This document shows positions 30,954-38,228 of a DNA stretch of 64,000 bases, piece after piece. Both the position numbers and the translations under genes were made by a program. The notes under the pieces are model-generated. The model saw only the letters and a program-made list of their open reading frames with translations, was not told the DNA's origin and ran no database searches. This DNA is from a virus, in the IMG/VR virus record IMGVR_UViG_3300032240_001244, positions 23,182 to 87,181 of that record; one strand, written 5' to 3'. Position 1 is the stretch's first letter. Each line of letters begins with the position of its first letter.

Positions 30954-31281
30954 TGCTGAAGACTTGTATATAATAGAAGTCAGTGATAAGGATATGACAA
31001 TTAAGCAAGTTCTAGTGGAACACGAAAGAGCTTTGTCTTTAGCCATAGTAGAAAAAATTTGCTACGCTATGGACAATAACTTGAAAAAAATAAACATTGC
31101 TAGAATATACACAGACTCAATTGCAATAACACTTCATACTTCTTTACCAAGTTTCCAAGAGACTTTGGAGACAAACATTGAAAATCTCATAAAGCATGAG
31201 GAGTATGAGATGTGTGCTATAGGTAAAAAACACCTTGATATCCTAAAAGAAAAACCCGATAGAAAATATTTGAATATATAA
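30943..31281 (+). CDS. hypothetical protein with UVR-like EEYEMC helix
   Basis: Likely start ATG 30943; resembles the 29139 ORF C-terminus. Confidence 0.6.
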   Translation: MDFDAEDLYIIEVSDKDMTIKQVLVEHERALSLAIVEKICYAMDNNLKKINIARIYTDSIAITLHTSLPSFQETLETNIENLIKHEEYEMCAIGKKHLDILKEKPDRKYLNI

Positions 31282-31300
31282 ATATTTATATATATCTTTG
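31269..31300 (+). promoter_or_regulatory. Bacteroidota-type sigma70 promoter upstream of lipoprotein and tmRNA
   Basis: TTTG 31269-31272, 20-nt spacer, TATCTTTG 31293-31300. Confidence 0.7.
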
Positions 31301-31320
31301 TAAATATAATATAATATAAA

Positions 31321-31515
31321 ATGAAAAAAGCATTTATTATTTTTTTGTTATCTTTGTTTGTAGTATCCTGTGGAGGATCTAATGAAAGTAAACCTGTAGA
31401 AGCTACATATGCACCAGTAGGAGTTGATAGTTCAAATATACTACCTCCACTTACGGATAGTGCTAAGATTGAATTGAATGGAGAAAAACCAAAGCCACAG
31501 TTGAACGAGAATTAA
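31321..31515 (+). CDS. small lipoprotein
   Basis: Lipobox FVVSC after hydrophobic signal. Confidence 0.7.
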   Translation: MKKAFIIFLLSLFVVSCGGSNESKPVEATYAPVGVDSSNILPPLTDSAKIELNGEKPKPQLNEN

Positions 31516-31521
31516 AAATAA

Positions 31522-32207
31522 GGGCCTAACCGGTATCGATTCGTAATCGGAGGGTAGTACCACACGCAGAGATAAGTACTAGATCTCTTTAAACTCTGTA
31601 CAAAATATAAACGACGAAATGTCTACTATGACCTTCGATGACCTTATGGCCTTCGTTGGTGCCGATGAAGCAACATTTGCTTAGTCCGCCGAGGTGTCTA
31701 CAACCTCGCTTCAAACAAAGTGGAACACAGAGTTTCCCCGATCGACTCTTTAAATAAGGACTGGGGTGGTGGAAAGCTGTCTCCGGACAACCCCTTACTG
31801 ATCAGCTTGCAGATCAAAACTACGGTGCAGATGACGGGGGATCTCCCTCTTGATTGTCAGTACTAAGCGTGTGATATGCTGGTATTATTGTTCATTACGA
31901 AGACGTGGGTTTGTGGAATCGGACCCATCTAGTAGGAATACTAGATTAAAAACTGGATGAATTGCTGGAACTCCTATGACATAGGACAATCAGCAGCCAA
32001 GCCTAAAGTACACTTTAGGAAGGTTCAACGACTAGCGGAGAGATAAAGTTCTCTTAATAACCGCACTAGCGTCCAGCACCCAGATCGGGTGATGATATAG
32101 TCTGATCCTCTTGGTAACAAGAGTTGTAGTTCTTTACGAGGCTGTCTATGAAATCTAAAGTTTCTGGATCTAACAAAAGAATACCAGTGCGAATCCCACT
32201 AGGTCCA
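31522..32207 (+). ncRNA. ssrA: tmRNA interrupted by a group I intron (exon 1 31522-31911, exon 2 32190-32207)
   Basis: Acceptor GGGCCTA/TAGGTCC-A with G3.U wobble; helix 2 TCGTAAT/ATTACGA, GTAGTACCA/TGGTATTAT, CACGC/GCGTG; PK1 AGAGAT/ATCTCT; tag frame 31613-31684; T-arm GTGGG-TT|CGAAT-CCCAC restored on splicing. Confidence 0.92.
31912..32189 (+). mobile_element. group I intron (subgroup IA-like, no ORF) in tmRNA T-loop
   Basis: P1 GTGGGTT/GACCCAT with U.G at 5' splice site; P AATTGCTGGAA, Q AATCAGCAG, R GTTCAACGACTA, S ATGATATAGTCT; P3 CTGGATG/CGTCCAG; P8 CACCC/GGGTG; P9 with GTAA loop; terminal G 32189. Confidence 0.92.
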
Positions 32208-32240
32208 CTTAAAGGTTTAGGTTAGGATTATGGTTAAAAC

Positions 32241-32271
32241 GAAGGGGGGTTTCTACCCCCTTTCTCTTTTT
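32241..32271 (+). terminator. intrinsic terminator after tmRNA
   Basis: GAAGGGGGGT-TTCT-ACCCCCTTTC hairpin followed by T-rich tract. Confidence 0.8.
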
Positions 32272-32302
32272 GTATATATTTATATTAAACAAAATAATTT
32301 AT

Positions 32303-32824
32303 ATGAAAAGTTTAATGTTAGCAGTTATTGTTTTAATTGGGATGGTTTCATGTTCTAAAGTCCCAGACAATAAAGTACACGAATCCAAAGTAGAATTAGG
32401 CGGATTTCAGTACGATCCAATAGTAAAAAAACCGGTTCAAGTTCAAGAAGAGTATTATCAAATAGCACCTACATGGGGACAGGCTTTTGATTACGCTTCT
32501 AAGAGAAGTGATCACATTATTTATACTGTACTAGGGGTGATATTCTTAATAGCTTTCGTTGCTTTATTCTATGGAAAAGCCTCAGATGCTAGCTGGCTAC
32601 CTAAGTTCCTTGATAATGAAATTATATTTGTAGCTGCTTTATTTCTTCTAGTAGCATCTACAGTTACATTTTTTACTACCCATGCTTCTGAAGTTAGATG
32701 GCAAAATGACAAGTGGGTTAAAAAAGAAGTGTACGATAAGGCAATAAAAGAAGCAGGATCTACTCAGCCAATTTGGGATAGCCTTGAGGCCAATCATTTG
32801 ATCATAGGTGGACCATGGAAGTAG
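32303..32824 (+). CDS. membrane lipoprotein-like protein
   Basis: Lipobox GMVSC plus two further hydrophobic helices; ATG 32303. Confidence 0.65.
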   Translation: MKSLMLAVIVLIGMVSCSKVPDNKVHESKVELGGFQYDPIVKKPVQVQEEYYQIAPTWGQAFDYASKRSDHIIYTVLGVIFLIAFVALFYGKASDASWLPKFLDNEIIFVAALFLLVASTVTFFTTHASEVRWQNDKWVKKEVYDKAIKEAGSTQPIWDSLEANHLIIGGPWK

Positions 32825-33186
32825 TAGAAAGTCTTATACTGTCTTTATTATTCACAGGCATCAATATCGGGTTAGCCCGGTATGATGCTTGGAGAATAAA
32901 ACATAACATTAGAATAAGACATGCAATTAATGCTTTATTGTATTGTATTTTATTAATACCTTTCTATAGATGCCTATCAATTTATAATTTGATAGGTCTT
33001 TTATTAATTAGAATACCTGTGTTTAATACCTGTTTAAATGTGTTTAGGGGGCTATCTGCTACATACATAAGCCACACTACTACCAGTATAGTAGATAAAA
33101 TAATGAATGGTGTAGTAGAAAAGCTAGGGTATTGGGTATATCATATTATAATATACATCATAGCTATAGTATTAATATTTATGTAA
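32815..33186 (+). CDS. multi-pass membrane protein
   Basis: About four hydrophobic segments. Confidence 0.65.
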   Translation: MEVVESLILSLLFTGINIGLARYDAWRIKHNIRIRHAINALLYCILLIPFYRCLSIYNLIGLLLIRIPVFNTCLNVFRGLSATYISHTTTSIVDKIMNGVVEKLGYWVYHIIIYIIAIVLIFM

Positions 33187-33226
33187 AATAAAATAGAGAA
33201 TGTTCTTCTGAATAAATTTTAATAGT

Positions 33227-33472
33227 ATGAAGAAGTTTTTTCAAGATCTATTTAATGATAATAACAGTATTAATGAGAAAGCTGTTATAGGATTCATGTC
33301 ATTTGTAATGATGTGTGTATTTGCAATTACTGATATTGTTTTAGGTACTAAAAATAAAACACTAGTTATAAATGAATATATATTTGATGCGTTTAAATGG
33401 TTAACAGCTATTTGCTTTGGAATAGCCAGTGTGGATAAGTTTATAAACAAGAGATCTGAAAAGGGAGACTAG
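33227..33472 (+). CDS. small two-TM membrane protein (holin-like)
   Basis: Two hydrophobic helices, charged C-terminus. Confidence 0.55.
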   Translation: MKKFFQDLFNDNNSINEKAVIGFMSFVMMCVFAITDIVLGTKNKTLVINEYIFDAFKWLTAICFGIASVDKFINKRSEKGD

Positions 33473-33488
33473 TATTTTTTAAAATAAA

Positions 33489-33520
33489 TTTGTTTTATAT
33501 ATACATTATATTTATCTTTG
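33489..33520 (+). promoter_or_regulatory. Bacteroidota-type sigma70 promoter
   Basis: TTTG 33489-33492, 20-nt spacer, TATCTTTG 33513-33520. Confidence 0.7.
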
Positions 33521-33536
33521 ATAAAAATTAAAAGTT

Positions 33537-33707
33537 ATGAGTAACGCAAACATCACCCCAGAACAGCAATTGATTATAGAAAAAGTTGAATATCAACTAT
33601 CTGAAATCAAAGATCAGGATCTCCTCTACTCATCTATTAGAGAAATACTTTATAGTATCCCAAACAATTACGATTTAGGAGTAGTAATCAGACAATTATT
33701 TAGTTAA
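33537..33707 (+). CDS. small hypothetical protein
   Basis: Read by hand: MSNANITPEQQ...IPNNYDLGVVIRQLFS*, 56 aa, directly after promoter. Confidence 0.6.
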   Translation: MSNANITPEQQLIIEKVEYQLSEIKDQDLLYSSIREILYSIPNNYDLGVVIRQLFS

Positions 33708-33722
33708 AAAACGCATAATGAT

Positions 33723-34013
33723 ATGGCAGAGTTTTCAAAACAATGGTGTGAAATTTGGGACCCTTCTATGCCTCATGACTTTGATATTGAGGATATTATA
33801 AAAGATATGAATAGAGATAGGTATTATCCTATAGTATGCGAAGGCTTTGGTTTTAATTGTATACATAAAGATGCGCATGGGAATATATGGCTATCTTATG
33901 GGTATGATAAAGATGGCAACAGTACTAGTTGGAGAAGATATAAGACTGTCTTGCTAGAAGAAAAGAAAAAAACACCAAATAATGAAAATTGCAGTATTCA
34001 GCGACACTCATAA
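33723..34013 (+). CDS. hypothetical protein
   Basis: MAEFSKQWC ... CEGFG. Confidence 0.65.
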   Translation: MAEFSKQWCEIWDPSMPHDFDIEDIIKDMNRDRYYPIVCEGFGFNCIHKDAHGNIWLSYGYDKDGNSTSWRRYKTVLLEEKKKTPNNENCSIQRHS

Positions 34014-34719
34014 TAAACACAAACAAGTAACTCTTCCAGAGTGTGATATTGCTATATTTGCCGGAGATGCCACTTCGGTTGGACAAAAGCACGAAGTAGA
34101 GAGCTTCCTTAATTGGTACGGTAAGCAATATCAGTGTAAGCACAAAGTCTTTATTGCTGGTAATCATGATAAGTCTTTTGATAAAAAATTCTATAGAAAT
34201 TTTGAAGACCATGATTTATTTAAAGAGAACGAGCATCTAGGAAAGCCTGGGTGGTTAGTAGATATGTTAGAGAGAGCCAGAGTTGTATTAAATGTACAGT
34301 ATCTTGAAAATCAATCTAGTATTATAGAAGGTATAAAAATATGGGGTAGTCCTATTACTCCAAGTTTCTATAAACAATACTGGGCTTTCAATGCTGATAG
34401 AAATGAAGAGGTCCGATCTTATTGGGATAAAATTCCCCAAGATACCAACATAGTTGTTACTCACGGACCTGTTCATGGTAAACTAGATTATATACCAGAG
34501 AGTGGTGAATATGTAGGATGCGTGGATTTAAAATCCAAGATAGAAGAAATAAAACCTATGATGTTTATTTGTGGTCATATACATTCTGGAAGAGGGGTAT
34601 ATAACACAGATAAAACATTGTATGTCAATTCCTCTATAATGGATAATGCGTATAATAAACAAGGAGAGCCAATGGTATTTAAAATAAATGTGGATAAGAT
34701 GTATGTAGATTTTTATTAA
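33982..34719 (+). CDS. calcineurin-like metallophosphoesterase
   Basis: SDTH, AGD, AGNHD, THGP, GHIH. Confidence 0.9.
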   Translation: MKIAVFSDTHNKHKQVTLPECDIAIFAGDATSVGQKHEVESFLNWYGKQYQCKHKVFIAGNHDKSFDKKFYRNFEDHDLFKENEHLGKPGWLVDMLERARVVLNVQYLENQSSIIEGIKIWGSPITPSFYKQYWAFNADRNEEVRSYWDKIPQDTNIVVTHGPVHGKLDYIPESGEYVGCVDLKSKIEEIKPMMFICGHIHSGRGVYNTDKTLYVNSSIMDNAYNKQGEPMVFKINVDKMYVDFY

Positions 34720-34738
34720 CTTTTTGTATCTTTACATT

Positions 34739-34750
34739 AGTTCTTTGAAA
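34739..34750 (+). promoter_or_regulatory. boxA-like antitermination sequence
   Basis: AGTTCTTTGAAA just after a TATCTTTA promoter-like octamer, upstream of the ncRNA/tRNA island. Confidence 0.45.
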
Positions 34751-34798
34751 TAAAAAAGGTCGGCATGAACCGACCTATTAAAAGTAAAAGCAATAAAA

Positions 34799-34960
34799 TT
34801 AAGCTTTCTTAGATACTACAGACCATATTGAACCAACGATAGTCATAATGCCACCAATTACTTCAATAGAAACTCCTTCGCTAACAATACCTTTTGTTAC
34901 AAGGATACCACCAGCAAAAGTAAGAATGTGTCTTACAAGGCCTAAAATTTGATCTTTCAT
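34799..34960 (-). CDS. small two-TM membrane protein, putative holin
   Basis: Read by hand: MKDQILGLVRHILTFAGGILVTKGIVSEGVSIEVIGGIMTIVGSIWSVVSKKA*; own ATATTTAT motif upstream and hairpin 34758-34776 downstream. Confidence 0.7.
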   Translation of the reverse strand: MKDQILGLVRHILTFAGGILVTKGIVSEGVSIEVIGGIMTIVGSIWSVVSKKA

Positions 34961-35031
34961 GTTTGTTTGTTTTAATTAAAAATGCGTACCTTGTGGTACA
35001 CATATAAATATCTAAAAAATTAAAAATAATT

Positions 35032-35265
35032 AGCCCGAAGGCCACGGGATCGAAAATTCAGGAATGCCTCTCTAATTGCCTTGAGATAGTATCGACTAGG
35101 ATTACGAAGCACACTGCTCCTCTAGATCGTTAGCTAGCGGTGTAAAGCAATCCCACTGGAAAATAGGATTGCAAATAAGGTTGATTGGGATGAATGCAAG
35201 TGCATCATCGGTTAGAAATGCCAATCGTAAAAGCAGGTGTCCACGCACCCATCTCCTGCTTTCCT
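35032..35265 (+). ncRNA. candidate structured non-coding RNA(s), unassigned
   Basis: GC-richer ORF-free stretch with stems ACACTG/CGGTGT, GCAATCC/GGATTGC, GATTGG/CCAATC, GATG-ATGCA/TGCAT-CATC, AAAGCAGG/CCTGCTTT. Confidence 0.55.
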
Positions 35266-35369
35266 AAAATTATTGAGAGAAGAAGACGAAAGTGATTTTA
35301 TGGTCAGTGTACATATTCCATAGATAGCTCCTGACTACTAAACTATTTAATAATTAAAACAAAACAAAA

Positions 35370-35906
35370 ATGAAAAAATTTATTATTGATCCACTGCACT
35401 CAGAAATTGGGTTTAAAATTAAACACTTAATGATTTCGACTGTGACAGGTAATTTTGGAAAATTTAACGCAACTATGGAATCGGAATCGAGCGATTTTAC
35501 AGATGCAAAAATTAATTTTACAGCAGACGTTAATGCTCTGTCTACTAATATTTCCGATAGAGATCATCACTTAAAGTCACCTGATTTTTTTGATACAGAT
35601 AATTTTCCGAATATTACATTTGAGTCAACTAAAGTTGAAAAATTAGGAGAAGAATACGAAGTTTCTGGCAATCTAACTATTAAAAGCGTAACCCTACCAG
35701 TAAAGCTTAAAGGTACATACAATGGTAATGACGTTGATGCTTACGGACAAACAAAGTACGGTTTTGAGTTAGAGGGTAAAATTAACCGTAAGGATTGGGG
35801 ATTGACTTTTAATTTAGAAGGCGGCAAGGGCAGTTTACTTATTGGCGACGAAGTTAGACTTATAGTTAGTATTCAAATGACTGAACTCCAAAAAATAGAA
35901 GAGTAG
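35370..35906 (+). CDS. YceI family protein (polyisoprenoid-binding)
   Basis: IDPLHSEIGFKIKHLMISTVTG.F, RDHHLKSPDFFD, GNLTIK, INRKDWGL. Confidence 0.92.
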   Translation: MKKFIIDPLHSEIGFKIKHLMISTVTGNFGKFNATMESESSDFTDAKINFTADVNALSTNISDRDHHLKSPDFFDTDNFPNITFESTKVEKLGEEYEVSGNLTIKSVTLPVKLKGTYNGNDVDAYGQTKYGFELEGKINRKDWGLTFNLEGGKGSLLIGDEVRLIVSIQMTELQKIEE

Positions 35907-35908
35907 TA

Positions 35909-36793
35909 ATGGATAATAAAAATAAAATACTACTGGTAGTATCGGCATTAATCATGATTACATTCTTTGTAATAAAATCATTGTCTGTATTTGAATTAAT
36001 AGAATACACTAAACGCGTACAAGTATTCGAGTACCTTTGTTTTATTTTATTCTGCCCGCCGTCATTTATTTTTGTTAAGAATTTTTTAAGAAAAAAAGAC
36101 GGAGAACATCAACGGACGGTTGACCAATTAAGTTATAAAAATACATACTTAGAACACGCTGCTAAGATACTCAGGCACGATATGCACTCAGGAATCAATG
36201 TTTATATGCCAAAGGGTATCTCAGCGATAGAAAGAAAGTTACCCGGGGAAATAATAGAACGCTATAAATTAGAAAATTCTTTAAAATTATTAAAAGAGGG
36301 TTTATTGCATACTCAAAAAGTTTATAGAGGAGTTTATGAGTTTACTAATTTGGTTAAAGAAGGTAGTGGTATTGAATTAAAACCACATAAACTTTCTAAT
36401 ATTTTAATTTCGTATTTGGATTCAACATCATACAAAGAACAAGTTATATTCGATAGTTTTAGTTTACCGACTATTAATGTAAATGAACCTTTGTTTTGTA
36501 CCGCTATAGATAACTTGATTAGAAATGGTTTAAAGTATAATGATAGTGAAACTAAAGTTGTTGCTGTATATATGTTAGATGATAATACTTTAGTTGTTCA
36601 AGATAATGGCCGAGGAATGACAAATGAAGAATTTACCTATATGTCAAAGACAAATACTCGTAAAGAAAATCAAAAAGAAACTGGTTCCGGTTTAGGATTG
36701 GGTATTTGTGTTGCAATTTTGAATGAACATGGATTTAGTGCTAGTTGTGATAAAATTGAAGAAGGAACTCAAATTAAAATTAAAATTAAATAA
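35909..36793 (+). CDS. membrane sensor histidine kinase
   Basis: Two N-terminal TM helices, H-box-like LRHDMHS, N-box DNLIRNGLKY, G1 VQDNGRGM, G2 GSGLGLGI. Confidence 0.88.
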   Translation: MDNKNKILLVVSALIMITFFVIKSLSVFELIEYTKRVQVFEYLCFILFCPPSFIFVKNFLRKKDGEHQRTVDQLSYKNTYLEHAAKILRHDMHSGINVYMPKGISAIERKLPGEIIERYKLENSLKLLKEGLLHTQKVYRGVYEFTNLVKEGSGIELKPHKLSNILISYLDSTSYKEQVIFDSFSLPTINVNEPLFCTAIDNLIRNGLKYNDSETKVVAVYMLDDNTLVVQDNGRGMTNEEFTYMSKTNTRKENQKETGSGLGLGICVAILNEHGFSASCDKIEEGTQIKIKIK

Positions 36794-36799
36794 AAAAAA

Positions 36800-37231
36800 A
36801 TGATAAAATCAATTTTATTAGTAGACGATGAAAGTTTATTTCATCTTGTTTTTGAAGATGCGTGTAGCCTATTAGACATTGCATTACATCTCCATAGTAT
36901 AGACAGCTCGGATAAAGCTGAAAAATTATTTAAAGACTGGAATAAAAATCCAAATACTCGACCAGAGTGTGTTTTTGTTGATTTAAACATAGTCGGCAGC
37001 TCTTATGATGGTATTGAGCTTATTCGTAAGATTAATTTTGAATACGGTAATGGCGTTGTTATAGGAATAATTTCATCAAGTTCGGATAAAATGGAACAGG
37101 CTAAAGCAATACAAGCAGGAGCACAATTTTGGATTGTTAAATCAGATGAAATTGAACCTAGGCTCGAGGAATTTAAAAAAGACTATAGTGCATATCTAAA
37201 TAAAACCGCTTCTTTTAAAGTTTATCAGTAA
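36800..37231 (+). CDS. single-domain response regulator (receiver only)
   Basis: ILLVDD, FVDLN..DGIELI, ISSS, GA..WIVK; no output domain. Confidence 0.88.
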   Translation: MIKSILLVDDESLFHLVFEDACSLLDIALHLHSIDSSDKAEKLFKDWNKNPNTRPECVFVDLNIVGSSYDGIELIRKINFEYGNGVVIGIISSSSDKMEQAKAIQAGAQFWIVKSDEIEPRLEEFKKDYSAYLNKTASFKVYQ

Positions 37232-37244
37232 TAACTTCTAGCTT

Positions 37245-37805
37245 ATGATCAAATTTAATGCCGAATTAAAAAAACAAATAATCGACATTTACAATAAAAA
37301 TGGTATTTTTTTAGAGGGTAATATTCTTAAACTCATAGATGCTGAAAACGATAATCAATTTAAAGATTATCTTGAGAGGGCGATTAATAACGACAAAGAA
37401 ACCAGAAAAAAAAGATTAGATGTTACAAAACAAATTCAATCTCAAAATAAAGAATTGGTTGCAGCGCAGGAAAATAATTCTAAATTAATGGCAGAGCTCA
37501 CTGAAGCTCTACAAAAGGCTGAACGTGCAAAAAAAGACGCAGAAGATGATTTAGACTTATTACAAAAGAAGACCCAAACTGAGTTAATTGGAACAATCGT
37601 TAAAGTTGCTCTTGCTATTGTTATAGGCATAGGCGTTATGACCACTCTGTTATTTGCTACTGCATTTTTTTTAAATAAAGACACTACCTTATTAGGTAAT
37701 GCCTGGTCAAACATGTTTGGAATACTATTAACAAATTCTTTTAGTATTATTGGTACTATTATGGGAGTTAAGTATGCGACTGAAAATGGAAAAACTAAGA
37801 CTTAA
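37245..37805 (+). CDS. coiled-coil protein with two C-terminal TM helices
   Basis: Long heptad region, then two hydrophobic segments. Confidence 0.7.
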   Translation: MIKFNAELKKQIIDIYNKNGIFLEGNILKLIDAENDNQFKDYLERAINNDKETRKKRLDVTKQIQSQNKELVAAQENNSKLMAELTEALQKAERAKKDAEDDLDLLQKKTQTELIGTIVKVALAIVIGIGVMTTLLFATAFFLNKDTTLLGNAWSNMFGILLTNSFSIIGTIMGVKYATENGKTKT

Positions 37806-37813
37806 TAAATTTT

Positions 37814-37934
37814 GACACGCACGGCAACCGAAAGCATACTAGACACTGCTTAGGCAATGCGAGCAATCACGAAGAATACCTCACAGTGCGTAGGTAAGCT
37901 CTAAGTTCTTCTGACCGTGGGGAAAGGCCCATCA
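37814..37934 (+). ncRNA. candidate structured RNA A
   Basis: Stems AAGCA/TGCTT, GAAGAA/TTCTTC, TACCT/AGGTA, possible pseudoknot GAGC/GCTC; ends TGAC-..-TGGG GAAAGG CCCA. Confidence 0.5.
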
Positions 37935-37937
37935 TAT

Positions 37938-38028
37938 AGTCAGGTGGCGGAATGGTATTCGTTACAATGTGGGAAGACCCCTGCAACGTTCTAAAACCAC
38001 ACTACAGGTTCGAATCCTGTCCTGGCTA
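37938..38028 (+). ncRNA. tRNA-like RNA 1 without a canonical anticodon arm
   Basis: Acceptor AGTCAGG/CCTGGCT-A, D-arm GCGGAATGGTATTCGT, T-arm ACAGG-TTCGAAT-CCTGT; 41-nt middle has no 5-bp/7-nt anticodon arm. Confidence 0.72.
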
Positions 38029-38030
38029 CG

Positions 38031-38149
38031 AGGGGAAAGTAACTTAAAGGGAGCCCCAAATGGAGAATCTGTAAAATCTTTCTAGGTTATATACAGTGCG
38101 ACCGCCGGTAAAGATCTCAGCAAGTGACACACGGGGAGAGACCCGACCA
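38031..38149 (+). ncRNA. candidate structured RNA B
   Basis: Stems GGGG/CCCC, TGGAGA/TTTCTA, GGTT/GACC; ends TGAC-..-CGGG GAGAGA CCCG-ACCA. Confidence 0.5.
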
Positions 38150-38228
38150 AGTCAGGTGGGCGTAATGCGGGATGGTTCCCAAGTCCAATAGAATGGTTGC
38201 TTATCCGGTTCGAGTCCGGCCCTGACTA
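38150..38228 (+). ncRNA. tRNA-like RNA 2 without canonical D or anticodon arm
   Basis: Acceptor AGTCAGG/CCTGACT-A, T-arm CCGG-TTCGAGT-CCGG; middle forms small hairpins GGGA/TCCC and CCA/TGG. Confidence 0.7.

Noticed and set aside
35178-35265. HDV-like/theta ribozyme (GTG-TCCACG-CAC resembles P3/L3)
   Set aside because: No GG for P1.1, P4 or catalytic C-R-A segment in the required order, and not at a tRNA 3' end
37938-38028. Standard Leu/Ser/Tyr tRNA
   Set aside because: D- and T-arms fit, but no anticodon stem-loop can be formed at the expected position
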